From Hyphomicrobiales bacterium (GTDB taxonomy: Bacteria > Pseudomonadota > Alphaproteobacteria > Rhizobiales > Xanthobacteraceae): 64,000 bases of DNA. A model generated the notes under the pieces. The model was not told where the DNA came from and ran no database searches. It saw only the letters and a list, made by a program, of their open reading frames with translations. The position numbers and the translations under genes were made by a program. Below, piece after piece: positions 49,483-59,006 of the stretch; positions within the stretch are counted from its first letter, which is position 1; every line of letters starts with the position of its first letter. The stretch is taken from positions 4,090-68,089 of the forward strand of contig JAFKKM010000016.1 of the NCBI GenBank assembly GCA_017305555.1, written 5' to 3'.

Positions 49483-50742
49483 ATGCTGAAAACAGCGATT
49501 GCAGCTTTGGGCTTGGGGATGGCCATGGGCATGTCCCTGGCGTCGCCGGTGCTGGCAGCGGACGCGCCGTCGGAAATCAAGCTCGGGACGCTCTACGCCT
49601 CGTCAGGCCGCTATGCCTCGATCTCGATGCCGGTCCACGCCGGGCTGAAGCTCTGGGTTGAACAGAAGAATGCCGAGGGCGGCGTCTATGTGAAGGCCTT
49701 CGACAAGAAGATCCCCATCAAGCTGATCGCCTATGACGACCAGAGCAACACGGCGACTGCCTCGACGCTCTACAATCAGCTCATCACCCAGGACAAGGTC
49801 GATCTCTTCGTGGCGGATTCCGGCTCGGTGCTGACCGCGCCGGCGGTGACCATCGCCCGCGACCACAAGATGTTCCTGTTCGACCAGACCGGCACCGGCG
49901 GCAGCTTCTTCTCCAAGGACAATCCGTATATCGCGCTGATGTCGGACCCGGTTTCCACCATCTGGCCGAAGCCGATCGCCGACTTCCTGACCAAGGACGG
50001 TCCGGCGCTCGGCATCAAGCGCGTCGCGATCCTGTATTCGACCAACGAGTTCACCGGCACGCAGGCCAACTCGCTGCGCAAGTTCATCAAGGACGCCAAC
50101 GCGCCGATCGAGATCGTCTACGATCAGGGCGTGCCGACCGAGACCACCAACTATACGGTGATCCTCAACAACATCCGCGCGGCGAAACCGGACGCGGTGA
50201 TTCACCTCGGCTACGCGCCGAACGACATCGCCTTCCTGCGCAACGTGCAGGACGTCGGCATCAAGTTCAACATGCTGTTCTGCATCTATCCGGGACTTGA
50301 GACCGAGCTGCTGGAGAAGAACGTCGGCGCCAAGGGCTTGCAGCACGTTTTCACCTACGTGCCGCCGTCCGAGATGGCCTATCCGGTCAACTTCGGCATG
50401 AACATCGCCGACTATCGCAAGGCGTGGGACAAGAAGTATTCCGACGGCAAGATCGAGTTCGGCTTCAACGCAGTGGCGGGCTACACCACGGCGCTGGTGA
50501 TCGAGAAGACGCTGTCGGTTGCGACCAGCCTCGATCAGATGGAACTGCGCAAAGCGGTGTTCAGCCTTTCCGGCAAGCTCAAGACGCTCGACGGCACCTT
50601 CGCGCTCGACGAGACCGGCGGGCAGATCGGCGAACTGACGCCGCTCGGCCAGCTCGAACTCAACGACCACGGCCACATCAAGTTCGTCGCGGTCTATCCG
50701 CACGAGGTTGCGACCGGCAAGCCGGTCTATCCGAGGCCGTGA
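49483..50742 (+). CDS. ABC transporter substrate-binding protein, Leu/Ile/Val (LivK/Peripla_BP_6) type
   Basis: Signal peptide ..SLASPVLAADAP, then IKLGTLYASSGRYASISMP... It lies upstream of the LivHMGF-type genes. Confidence 0.88.
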   Translation: MLKTAIAALGLGMAMGMSLASPVLAADAPSEIKLGTLYASSGRYASISMPVHAGLKLWVEQKNAEGGVYVKAFDKKIPIKLIAYDDQSNTATASTLYNQLITQDKVDLFVADSGSVLTAPAVTIARDHKMFLFDQTGTGGSFFSKDNPYIALMSDPVSTIWPKPIADFLTKDGPALGIKRVAILYSTNEFTGTQANSLRKFIKDANAPIEIVYDQGVPTETTNYTVILNNIRAAKPDAVIHLGYAPNDIAFLRNVQDVGIKFNMLFCIYPGLETELLEKNVGAKGLQHVFTYVPPSEMAYPVNFGMNIADYRKAWDKKYSDGKIEFGFNAVAGYTTALVIEKTLSVATSLDQMELRKAVFSLSGKLKTLDGTFALDETGGQIGELTPLGQLELNDHGHIKFVAVYPHEVATGKPVYPRP

Positions 50743-50751
50743 AAGGGCTTC

Positions 50752-50784
50752 GCTCCGAGACTCGCTTCGCTCGCGTCTCGGAGC
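50752..50784 (+). terminator. 10-bp-stem hairpin after the substrate-binding gene
   Basis: GCTCCGAGAC-(13 nt)-GTCTCGGAGC. There is no T-tract, so it may be an attenuating or stabilising hairpin rather than a terminator. Confidence 0.35.
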
Positions 50785-50828
50785 CTGACGGGGAATTCGC
50801 ACTGTGTGCGGATTTGCAACACGAAAGC

Positions 50829-50950
50829 CGTCGTCCCCGCGCAGGCGGGGACCCAGACGCCGCAGCGGTTCGGTTCAATCAACCAGGGTGAGGTTTTTCT
50901 ACATCGACAAACGCCAGGGGTTATGGGTCCCCGCCTGCGCGGGGACGACG
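50829..50950. repeat. Family A palindromic element, copy A4
   Basis: CGTCGTCCCCGCGCAGGCGGGGACCCAGA ... TATGGGTCCCCGCCTGCGCGGGGACGACG. The core resembles A1. Confidence 0.9.
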
Positions 50951-51021
50951 CCGGGATTGTTTGACCTCACGAGCTACATTTCGAGTCTGACTCGCCGCCA
51001 GACCGACGCAACGGAGACTTG

Positions 51022-51942
51022 ATGCTGGCCTATCCGCTCATCGCCGGAGTTCTGTTCGGGCTGTACTTCAGCCTGCTCGGAATCGGGTTGAATCTGGTGT
51101 TCGGCGTCATGCGCATCGTCAATCTGGCGCACGGCGATTTCCTGATGCTGGGCGCGTTCGTCGCGTTCGGCGTGTTCTATCTTCTCGGGCTCGATCCGCT
51201 GCTGGCGGTGCCGCTGGCGTTCGTGCTGTTTGTCATCGTCGGCATCGTGCTGTACGGCCTGCTGGTGCCACGCCTGCAACAGTCGCGCGATCCGGAAATG
51301 CTGTCGATCATCCTGTTCTTCGGCCTGTCGCAGGTGATCGAGGCGCTGGTGACCATCGCTTTCGGCACCAGCGAGCGCTCGATCCCGAGCCGTGAACTCG
51401 GCAGCTTGATGACCGCTGCCGCCAAGGCGCTCGGCGCCAAGCCCGAGGGCGGGCCGGTGGACATTCTCGGCCAGTCGTTTCCGGCGGCGTGGGTGATCTC
51501 GGCGGTGGTGAGCGTCATCGCCATCGGCCTTGTCTATGTCTATCTCTACCGCACCCGGCTCGGCACCCTGACGCGCGCGGTGATGTCACGCCGCGACGAG
51601 GCGTTCGCCACCGGCATCAACGTCGATCGCGTTTGTGCCGCGGCCTTCGGCATCGGGCTCGGCCTTGCAGCGATCGCCGGCGTGTTCGCGCCGTTCATGT
51701 TCGGCTCAGTGACGCCGGCGTTCGGAGCGGATGCGACGGTGACGGCCTTCGTCATCGTGGTGCTGGGCTCGCTGGGCAATCCGCTCGGCACAGCGCTGGG
51801 CGGCGTCGTCTATGGCATCTGTTACATGCTGGTGCAGACCTTCCTGTCGTCGTGGGCGGACCTGTTGCCCTATGTGTTGTTGATCCTCGTCCTGTTGCTG
51901 CGGCCGAGCGGGCTGTTGGGAAGGAAGGTGCGCGTTGCCTAG
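51022..51942 (+). CDS. branched-chain amino acid ABC transporter permease (LivH-type)
   Basis: MLAYPLIAGVLFGLYFSLLGIGLNLVFGVMRIVNLAHGDF.. Multi-TM. ATG 51022 (TTG 51019 is also possible). Confidence 0.9.
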   Translation: MLAYPLIAGVLFGLYFSLLGIGLNLVFGVMRIVNLAHGDFLMLGAFVAFGVFYLLGLDPLLAVPLAFVLFVIVGIVLYGLLVPRLQQSRDPEMLSIILFFGLSQVIEALVTIAFGTSERSIPSRELGSLMTAAAKALGAKPEGGPVDILGQSFPAAWVISAVVSVIAIGLVYVYLYRTRLGTLTRAVMSRRDEAFATGINVDRVCAAAFGIGLGLAAIAGVFAPFMFGSVTPAFGADATVTAFVIVVLGSLGNPLGTALGGVVYGICYMLVQTFLSSWADLLPYVLLILVLLLRPSGLLGRKVRVA

Positions 51943-52855
51943 TTTCGTGCGCCATTTGCTGTTGATCGTCGCGCCGTTGATCGCCGCTTTCGCGATCCTG
52001 CCCGGCGTCTACGACAACCACCTGCTGCTGTTCAACTTCGTGATCTTTCTGATCCTCGCGCAGGGCGTGAACATCATCTACGGCTTCACCGGGTATCTGC
52101 CGTTCGGTTATGTCGGTTTCTTCGGCGCGGGAGCTTATGGCTTCGCCATCATGGTGATGCACTTTCAGACGCCGGCGCCGCTGGCGGTGCTGGTCGCGGG
52201 TGTGGTCGGCGTGTTGCTAGGTCTGTTGCTGACGCCGTTGCTGCGGCTGTCGGGTGCATACTTCGCCATCGCCAATCTGGCTGCGGCGCTCGCGGTGCTG
52301 CACTTCGTCGCCAATCCGGCGCTGGAGTCGATTACCAAGGGACCGTATGGCGTGGCCCTCAACGGCACCTTCAATCCGACGCTCGCCTATGTCGGCGCGG
52401 TAATCATCCTGGCGCTGACGCTCGGCATCGTGGTGTTCCTGCGCAACTCCAGTTTCGGCATGGCCTTGCAGGCGGTGCGCGAGGACGCAGTGAGCGCGGC
52501 GATGGCCGGCGTCAACGTGGTGAAGATGCGGGTGATCGCCTGGCTGGCGTCGGCGCTGGTCGCGGGCCTCGCCGGTGGCGTGTTCGCCTGGTACGTCTCG
52601 GTGTTCTATCCCGACAACGTGTTCAGCAATGACTTCAGCATCTTCGCTATCGTGTTTGCGCTGTTTGGCGGCGTTGCGACCATCATGGGCCCGATCGTCG
52701 GCGTGCTGATCCTCTATGGCGTCTACAACCTGATCGGCTTCACCACGCCGCAGTATTTTCAATTGATCTATGGCGTGCTGATCATGGCGCTGGTGCTGTT
52801 CCTGCCGGCCGGTCTGGTGTCGCTGGCAACGCGGCGAGGCTGGAATGTCCCCTGA
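51935..52855 (+). CDS. branched-chain amino acid ABC transporter permease (LivM-type)
   Basis: ..NIIYGFTGYLPFGYVGFFGAGAYG..AMAGVNVVKMRVIAW.. The start is uncertain (TTG 51935 or GTG 51947). Confidence 0.88.
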   Translation: MPSFVRHLLLIVAPLIAAFAILPGVYDNHLLLFNFVIFLILAQGVNIIYGFTGYLPFGYVGFFGAGAYGFAIMVMHFQTPAPLAVLVAGVVGVLLGLLLTPLLRLSGAYFAIANLAAALAVLHFVANPALESITKGPYGVALNGTFNPTLAYVGAVIILALTLGIVVFLRNSSFGMALQAVREDAVSAAMAGVNVVKMRVIAWLASALVAGLAGGVFAWYVSVFYPDNVFSNDFSIFAIVFALFGGVATIMGPIVGVLILYGVYNLIGFTTPQYFQLIYGVLIMALVLFLPAGLVSLATRRGWNVP

Positions 52856-53576
52856 CGCCAAGCCCATTCTTACCGTCAACGGACTGGTCAAGCGCTTCGG
52901 CGGCTTCCATGCGCTGGACGGCCTGAGCTTTCATGTCTCATCGGGCGAAATCCTCGGGCTGGTCGGCCCGAACGGCTCCGGCAAGACCACGGCGATCAAC
53001 GTCATCTCCGGGTTGTATGCGCCGGACGACGGCACGCTGACCTATGACGGCGCATCGATCGGCGGCTTGGCCTCGCACAAGCTGGTTCATCGCGGCATCA
53101 ACCGCACGTTCCAGATTCCGAAACCGTTCCTGTCGCTCACCGTGCGGCAGAACGTCGAAGTGGCGCTGGCCTATGGCCGCGTTGGGGTCGCGCCACCGAA
53201 GTTGTCCGATCTGCTTGAACAGTATCATCTCGCAGAATTCGCTGACCGTCCCGCCGCTGATCTCAACAGTTCGCAGCAAAAGATGCTGGACCTGGTGCGC
53301 GCGCTGGCGACGCGGCCGCGGCTGTTGTTGCTCGACGAACTCGCGGCTGGTCTCAACCCGACCGAACTCGACTGGATCGCCGGGCACATCAAGGCGCTGG
53401 CGCAATCCGGCCTCGCCATCATCGTGGTCGAGCATCTGATGGGCTTCATCGAACAGATCACCGACCGCGTGATCGTGATGAACGCCGGCAAGGAAATTTT
53501 CGAGGGGACGCTCGCGGTGGCCGTCAAGGTGCCGCAGGTGATCGAGGTGTTTCTCGGAGGCGAACATGGCGCCTGA
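52845..53576 (+). CDS. ABC transporter ATP-binding protein (LivG-type)
   Basis: GLVGPNGSGKTT (Walker A)..NSSQQKMLDLVRAL..LLLLDELAAG (Walker B). Confidence 0.92.
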   Translation: MSPDAKPILTVNGLVKRFGGFHALDGLSFHVSSGEILGLVGPNGSGKTTAINVISGLYAPDDGTLTYDGASIGGLASHKLVHRGINRTFQIPKPFLSLTVRQNVEVALAYGRVGVAPPKLSDLLEQYHLAEFADRPAADLNSSQQKMLDLVRALATRPRLLLLDELAAGLNPTELDWIAGHIKALAQSGLAIIVVEHLMGFIEQITDRVIVMNAGKEIFEGTLAVAVKVPQVIEVFLGGEHGA

Positions 53577-54285
53577 AGCCGCATCGTTGTTGGACGCGAA
53601 AGGCGTCGATGCCGGCTACGGCACCATGCAGGTGTTGTGGGGCGTCGATCTCGACGTGCGGCTGGGCGAGACCGTGCTGCTGCTCGGCGCCAACGGCGCG
53701 GGCAAGACCACGTTTCTCAAATCGCTGGTCGGGCTGATCGACACGCGACAAGGCCACATCGCGCTCGGCGGCCGCGACGTGACGCGGATGCGCTCCAGCG
53801 ACCGGATGCGGCTCGGCATGACCTATATGTCGGAACTGGCGGTGTTTCCCGATCTATCGATCGAGGAAAACCTGAAAGTCGGCGCGCAAGCGCTCGGCCA
53901 CGCCAATCCCGGCGCGCGCACCGAAGAGCTCTATGGGCTGTTTCCGGTGCTGCGTGAAAAGCGCCGCAACGCGGCCTCCACGCTCTCGGGCGGTCAGCGC
54001 AAGATGCTCGGCATCGCCAAGGCGCTCGCGGCGGAGCCGAAGCTGTTGGTGATGGATGAGCCCTCCGCTGGGCTGTCGCCGCTCTTGGTCAAGGAAGTGC
54101 TTCAGGTGCTGAGCCGCCTGCAAGGTCAGGGGCTGGCGCTGCTGATCGCCGAGCAGAACATCGGATTCCTTGAAGTCGCGACGCGGGTGTTCGTGCTGGA
54201 AGGCGGCCGCATCCGCTTTTCCGGCACCGTCGCCGAGATGAGCGACAATGAAGCATTGCGCCGGGCCTATTTCGGTTTGAAGTAA
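53566..54285 (+). CDS. ABC transporter ATP-binding protein (LivF-type)
   Basis: LLGANGAGKTT..LSGGQRKMLGIAKAL..LLVMDEPSAGLSP. Confidence 0.92.
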   Translation: MAPEAASLLDAKGVDAGYGTMQVLWGVDLDVRLGETVLLLGANGAGKTTFLKSLVGLIDTRQGHIALGGRDVTRMRSSDRMRLGMTYMSELAVFPDLSIEENLKVGAQALGHANPGARTEELYGLFPVLREKRRNAASTLSGGQRKMLGIAKALAAEPKLLVMDEPSAGLSPLLVKEVLQVLSRLQGQGLALLIAEQNIGFLEVATRVFVLEGGRIRFSGTVAEMSDNEALRRAYFGLK

Positions 54286-54318
54286 ATTCCTCTAAGACCG
54301 AACCCAAGACCAACAAGA

Positions 54319-55725
54319 ATGGGTGCGGCGATGGGCGGCGGAAGCGATCTCACGGCATTGACTGTTGCGGAACTGGCGGGACTGCTCGCGCAGCGCAAGA
54401 TTTCTTCCGTCGAACTCACCGACGCGTGTCTGGCGCGTATCGCGCGCCACAATGAGGCGCTGCACGCCTTCATCGCGATTTATGCCGACGAGGCGCGCAC
54501 TGCCGCGAAGGCCGCCGATCTCGCACGTTCCGCTGGCTATGCACTGGGGCCGCTGCACGGCATTCCGTTTGGGTTGAAAGACCTCGTCGATCTCGAAGGC
54601 AAGGTGACCACCGGCGGCTCGAAGGTCTGGGAGAAGCGCGTCTCGCCGTCGACCGGCACGCTGGCGCGCACACTGGTTGCGAACGGCATGATCGTCGCAG
54701 GGAAGACCCATACAGTGGAATTCGCGTTCGGTGCTTGGGGCACCAACCAGCACATGGGCGCGCCGCGCAATCCGTGGGATATGCGCGAGGCACGCACGCC
54801 GGGCGGCTCGTCCAGCGGCTCCGGCGTCGCGGTGGCGGCGCGGCTGGTGCCGTGGGCGGTCGGGACCGACACCGGCGGCTCGGTGCGGATTCCCTCGGCG
54901 CTGTGCGGCATCACCGGATTGAAGACCACGATCGGGCAGGTGGCGACCGACGGCATCTTGCCGCTCTCGACCACGCTCGACACGCCGGGCCCGCTGGCGC
55001 GCAGCGCGACCGACACCGCGATCCTGTTCGCTGCGATGCGCGGCGCGGACGCGCGCGTCATCGACGCGGTTCTCAACGGCCCACCGCCGCGTGGCGTTCA
55101 GGGCCTGCGGCTGGCAAGGATGCCCGACAACGAGCGCGACGTCTGCGAACCGGCGGTGCTCGCCGCTTACGATGCCTCGCTGGCGCAACTGGCCGACATG
55201 GGCGCGGAGATCGTCGATGTCACGCTGCCGTTCCGCATCAAGGATTTCGGCGCGCTGACCGGCCGCTTGATTGCGGCGGAAGGCTATTCGTTCCTGAAAG
55301 GGATCATCGACGATCCCGCCGCGCCGGTGGATGAGGCCGTGCGCGCGCGCTTCGCTGTGGCGCGCAGCATGACGGTGACGGACTATCTGCGATTGCTGCG
55401 CGAGCGCGAAGCGATGAGCGCTGCCGCCGACACGGCGCTCGCCGATGTCGACGCGCTGCTGACGCCGACGACGCCGATGACCGCACATCCCACCGCGACC
55501 GCCGAACAGCAGAACATCGTGCCGTCGCACTTCACACGCATGGCAAATTTCCTCGGCCGCTGCGCGCTTGCGGTGCCGAACGGCTTTTCGCCATCGGGCC
55601 TACCGACCTCGCTGCATATCGTCTGCGCCGCAAATGCGGAGGCGATGGCGCTGCGCATCGGCCGCGCCTATCAGACCGTCACCGACTGGCACCGCCGCGC
55701 GCCGTCGCTCGACGGCGTCGCGTAG
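54319..55725 (+). CDS. amidase (amidase-signature family), copy 1
   Basis: GIPFGLKDLVDLEG..GGSSSGSGVAVAARLVPWAVGTDTGGSVRIPSALCG (Ser-cisSer-Lys signature). Confidence 0.9.
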   Translation: MGAAMGGGSDLTALTVAELAGLLAQRKISSVELTDACLARIARHNEALHAFIAIYADEARTAAKAADLARSAGYALGPLHGIPFGLKDLVDLEGKVTTGGSKVWEKRVSPSTGTLARTLVANGMIVAGKTHTVEFAFGAWGTNQHMGAPRNPWDMREARTPGGSSSGSGVAVAARLVPWAVGTDTGGSVRIPSALCGITGLKTTIGQVATDGILPLSTTLDTPGPLARSATDTAILFAAMRGADARVIDAVLNGPPPRGVQGLRLARMPDNERDVCEPAVLAAYDASLAQLADMGAEIVDVTLPFRIKDFGALTGRLIAAEGYSFLKGIIDDPAAPVDEAVRARFAVARSMTVTDYLRLLREREAMSAAADTALADVDALLTPTTPMTAHPTATAEQQNIVPSHFTRMANFLGRCALAVPNGFSPSGLPTSLHIVCAANAEAMALRIGRAYQTVTDWHRRAPSLDGVA

Positions 55726-55734
55726 GGGAGAGCG

Positions 55735-57072
55735 ATGCGAACCATCAGGATCGGCTCCGGCGCGGGCTATTCGGGCGATCGCATCGAACCGGCGGTCGAA
55801 CTCGCGGAGAAGGGCGGTATCCAGTATCTGGTGTTCGAATGCCTCGGCGAGCGCACCGTGGCGCTAGCGCAGCGCGCGCGGCTGAAAAATCCTGACGACG
55901 GTTTCGATCCCCTCTTAGAGGCGCGGATGCGCGCGGTGCTGCCGGCGTGCGCGAAGAACGGCATCAAGATCGTCACCAACATGGGCGCGGCCAATCCATG
56001 GGCGGCGGTGCGCAAGACCGCGCAGATCGCGGCGTCGCTCGGCCTGTCGCGGTTGAAGATCGCGGCCGTGATGGGCGACGACGTGCTGGACGCCTGCAAG
56101 CAGCACGATTTGCCGCTGATCGAGATCGACGGCACCTTGAAGACGCTCGGTAACCGCATCGTCTCCGCCAACGCCTATCTCGGCGCGGAGCCGATGGCGG
56201 CGGCGCTGAAAGCCGGCGCGGATATCGTCATCACCGGCCGCGCTTCCGATCCGGCGTTGTTTCTCGCGCCGATGATCGACGCATTCAATTGGCCGATGGA
56301 CGATTGGAATCTGCTCGGGCGCGGCACCGTCGCCGGGCATCTGCTGGAATGCGCCGGGCAGGTGACCGGCGGCTATTTCGCCGATCCCGGCTTCAAGGAT
56401 GTCGCGGGGCTGGCGCGGCTTGGCTTTCCGATCGGGGAAGTGAGCGAGGACGGCGGCCTCGTCATCACCAAGGTTGCGGGCTCCGGCGGCGAAGTCTCGG
56501 CGCGCACCTGCAAGGAGCAGTTGCTTTACGAGGTGCATGATCCGGCGCGCTACATGCAGCCGGATGTCGTCGCGGACTTCTCGCAAGTGTCGGTCGAGGA
56601 GATCGGCCCGGATCGCGTGCGCGTCTCAGGCGGGCGCGGCCAGCCGCGCCCCGATACGTTGAAAATCTCGGTCGGCTATGTCGACGGCTACATCGGCGAG
56701 GGGCAGATGTCCTACGCCGGGCCCGGCGCGGAGGCCCGCGCGCGGCTGGCGCTGGAGATCGTGCGCGAGCGGTTGAAGCTCACAAAGGTCGAGGCCAGCG
56801 AATGGCGCTTCGACTTGATCGGTATCGACGCTCTGCATGGTACGCAGCGTTCGCAGGGCAGCGCACCTTATGAGGTGCGCGTCCGCGTCGCCGGCCGCAC
56901 CGATACGCTCAAGGAAGCGGTGCGGATCGGCGACGAGGTCGAGACGCTTTACACCAACGGCCCGGCGGGTGGCGGCGGCGCGTTCAAATCGGCGCGCGAT
57001 ATCGTCGCGGTCGCCTCGGTGCTGCTGCCGCGCGATCTGGTCGCGCCGCAAGTCCGTTTCGTGGAGGCGTGA
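55735..57072 (+). CDS. DUF1446 / AtuA-like protein
   Basis: MRTIRIGSGAGYSGDRIEPAVELAEKGGIQYLVFECLGERTVALAQ.., the typical N-terminus of the acyclic-terpene-utilisation AtuA family. Confidence 0.8.
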   Translation: MRTIRIGSGAGYSGDRIEPAVELAEKGGIQYLVFECLGERTVALAQRARLKNPDDGFDPLLEARMRAVLPACAKNGIKIVTNMGAANPWAAVRKTAQIAASLGLSRLKIAAVMGDDVLDACKQHDLPLIEIDGTLKTLGNRIVSANAYLGAEPMAAALKAGADIVITGRASDPALFLAPMIDAFNWPMDDWNLLGRGTVAGHLLECAGQVTGGYFADPGFKDVAGLARLGFPIGEVSEDGGLVITKVAGSGGEVSARTCKEQLLYEVHDPARYMQPDVVADFSQVSVEEIGPDRVRVSGGRGQPRPDTLKISVGYVDGYIGEGQMSYAGPGAEARARLALEIVRERLKLTKVEASEWRFDLIGIDALHGTQRSQGSAPYEVRVRVAGRTDTLKEAVRIGDEVETLYTNGPAGGGGAFKSARDIVAVASVLLPRDLVAPQVRFVEA

Positions 57073-57408
57073 ATGGCGAAGCTGCGCGACATTGCCCATT
57101 CCCGCACCGGAGATAAGGGCAACATTTCCAACATCTCGGTGATCGCTTTTGACGCGCGGCACTACCCGCTGCTGTGCGAACAGGTGACGGCCGCGCGCGT
57201 CAAGGCACATTTCGAGGGCATCGTGTTCGGCGAGGTGGTGCGTTACGAACTGCCCAACATCGCCGCGCTGAATTTCGTGCTCGATCAGGCGCTGGGCGGT
57301 GGCGTGACGCGATCGCTGGCGCTCGATGCGCATGGCAAATCGCTCAGTTCTGCGCTACTCGATCTGGAAATCGAGCTTCCGCCGGATCATGATCGCGGCG
57401 CCGCCTAG
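57073..57408 (+). CDS. DUF4387-like small partner of AtuA-family proteins
   Basis: MAKLRDIAHSRTGDKGNISNISVIAF..LNFVLDQALGGGVTRSLALDAHGKSL. The ATG abuts the stop of the DUF1446 gene. Confidence 0.75.
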   Translation: MAKLRDIAHSRTGDKGNISNISVIAFDARHYPLLCEQVTAARVKAHFEGIVFGEVVRYELPNIAALNFVLDQALGGGVTRSLALDAHGKSLSSALLDLEIELPPDHDRGAA

Positions 57409-57437
57409 GTTGTTTGGCTTTTGATGGGTTTATTGAT

Positions 57438-57510
57438 CGTCATGCGCGGACTTGATCCGCGCATCCATCTTCAAGAAGGATGGATTGCCGGGTCAAGCCC
57501 GGCAATGACG
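57438..57510. repeat. Family B three-hairpin palindromic element, copy B2
   Basis: CGTCAT-GCGCGG(acttgat)CCGCGC-ATCCATC(ttcaagaag)GATGGAT-TGCCGGG(tcaag)CCCGGCA-ATGACG. The first stem carries a compensatory C:G to G:C change relative to B1. Confidence 0.9.
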
Positions 57511-57581
57511 ACTGAGATGCTTTCGTCAATCTCTGAAACACTCTAGCTTCCAGAACGTAATTTTCCCTCCAGCGAGTTTGC

Positions 57582-58937
57582 ATGATGTTGAACACTCCGA
57601 CCCTCGATTCCCTTGCCGCCGATCTCGAAGCCGGGCGCACCACGGCGCGCGCACTGGTGGAGGATTGCCTCGCCAAAATTGCGGACAAGAACGGCGAGGG
57701 GGCGCGGACCTTCATTCACGTCGATACCGAGGGCGCGAAGGCTGCCGCCGACGCCATGGACAAATTGCGCAAGGCCAATGCCGCGCCGTCGTGCTTTGCC
57801 GGCATTCCGGTCTCGATCAAGGACCTGTTCGACATCAAGGGCCAGCAGACCCGCGCCGGCTCGAAGGCGCTTGACGATACGCCGCCCGCCGCCACCGACG
57901 CGACCGTCGTGGCGCGGCTGCGCCGGGCCGGCTTTGTGCTGATCGGCCGCAGCAACATGGTGGAGTTCGCCTATTCCGGCCTCGGCCTCAATCCGCATTA
58001 CGGCACGCCGAAAAGCCCGTGGCGGCGCGACGTCGGCCATGTGCCCGGCGGCTCATCCTCCGGCGCGGCCGTGTCGGTGACGGACGGCATGGCGCACGGC
58101 GCGCTCGGCACCGACACCGGCGGCTCGTGCCGGATTCCGGCGGCCTATTGCGGCATCGTCGGTTACAAGCCGACCGCGCGGCGGATTCCGCTCGATGGCG
58201 GCGTGCCGCTGTCGTTTACGCTCGACGGCTATGGGCCGCTGGCGCGCAGCGTCGCCTGTTGCGTCACGCTCGATGCGGTTCATGCCGATGAGCCGATCAA
58301 GCCGGTCGCGCCGCGTCCGATCAAGGGGATGCGGCTCGCGATCCCGACCACGGTGGCGTTCGATGAGATTGCCGACGACGTCGCGCAGGCGTTCGAGCGC
58401 GCGGTGGCGAAGCTGGCGCAGCAGGGCGCGGTGATCGAGCGTATCGCGGTGCCTGAATTTGCCGAGGTCGCGGTGCTCAACGCCAAGGGCGGTTTTTCCG
58501 GCGCGGAAGCCTGGGCCTGGCATCGCGCGCTGATCGCGCGGCGCGGCGCCGACTACGATCCGCGCGTCATCAGCCGCATCCGTCGCGGCGAAGGCCAGAG
58601 CGCCGCGGACTATGTCGATCTTTTGAAACATCGCCGCGCGATGATCGACGGTTTCGATGCGCGCATTGCTCGGTTCGACGCTCTAGTGATGCCGACCATC
58701 GCCATTACGCCGCCGCGCATCGCCGACCTCGAGAAGGACGACGACGCCTACGCGAAGGCAAACGTACTGTCGCTCCGCAACTGCACGCTGATCAACACCA
58801 TCGACGGCTGCGCCATCACCTTGCCGATCCAGCGCGAGGGTGAAGCGCCGGTCGGCCTGATGCTGGCAGCGTCCGGTGGCGCGGATCGTCGCATTTTCGA
58901 ACTCGCCGCGGGCATCGAAACCGCCGTGCGCGGCTGA
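57582..58937 (+). CDS. amidase (amidase-signature family), copy 2
   Basis: GIPVSIKDLFDIKG..GGSSSGAAVSVTDGMAHGALGTDTGGSCRIPAAYCG. Confidence 0.9.
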   Translation: MMLNTPTLDSLAADLEAGRTTARALVEDCLAKIADKNGEGARTFIHVDTEGAKAAADAMDKLRKANAAPSCFAGIPVSIKDLFDIKGQQTRAGSKALDDTPPAATDATVVARLRRAGFVLIGRSNMVEFAYSGLGLNPHYGTPKSPWRRDVGHVPGGSSSGAAVSVTDGMAHGALGTDTGGSCRIPAAYCGIVGYKPTARRIPLDGGVPLSFTLDGYGPLARSVACCVTLDAVHADEPIKPVAPRPIKGMRLAIPTTVAFDEIADDVAQAFERAVAKLAQQGAVIERIAVPEFAEVAVLNAKGGFSGAEAWAWHRALIARRGADYDPRVISRIRRGEGQSAADYVDLLKHRRAMIDGFDARIARFDALVMPTIAITPPRIADLEKDDDAYAKANVLSLRNCTLINTIDGCAITLPIQREGEAPVGLMLAASGGADRRIFELAAGIETAVRG

Positions 58938-59006
58938 CGGGAAACGGGTGGCGGCGGCGCGGGCCGATGCGCATATCATCTGGTGTCTGTTTTCGGAGGC
59001 CATGAC

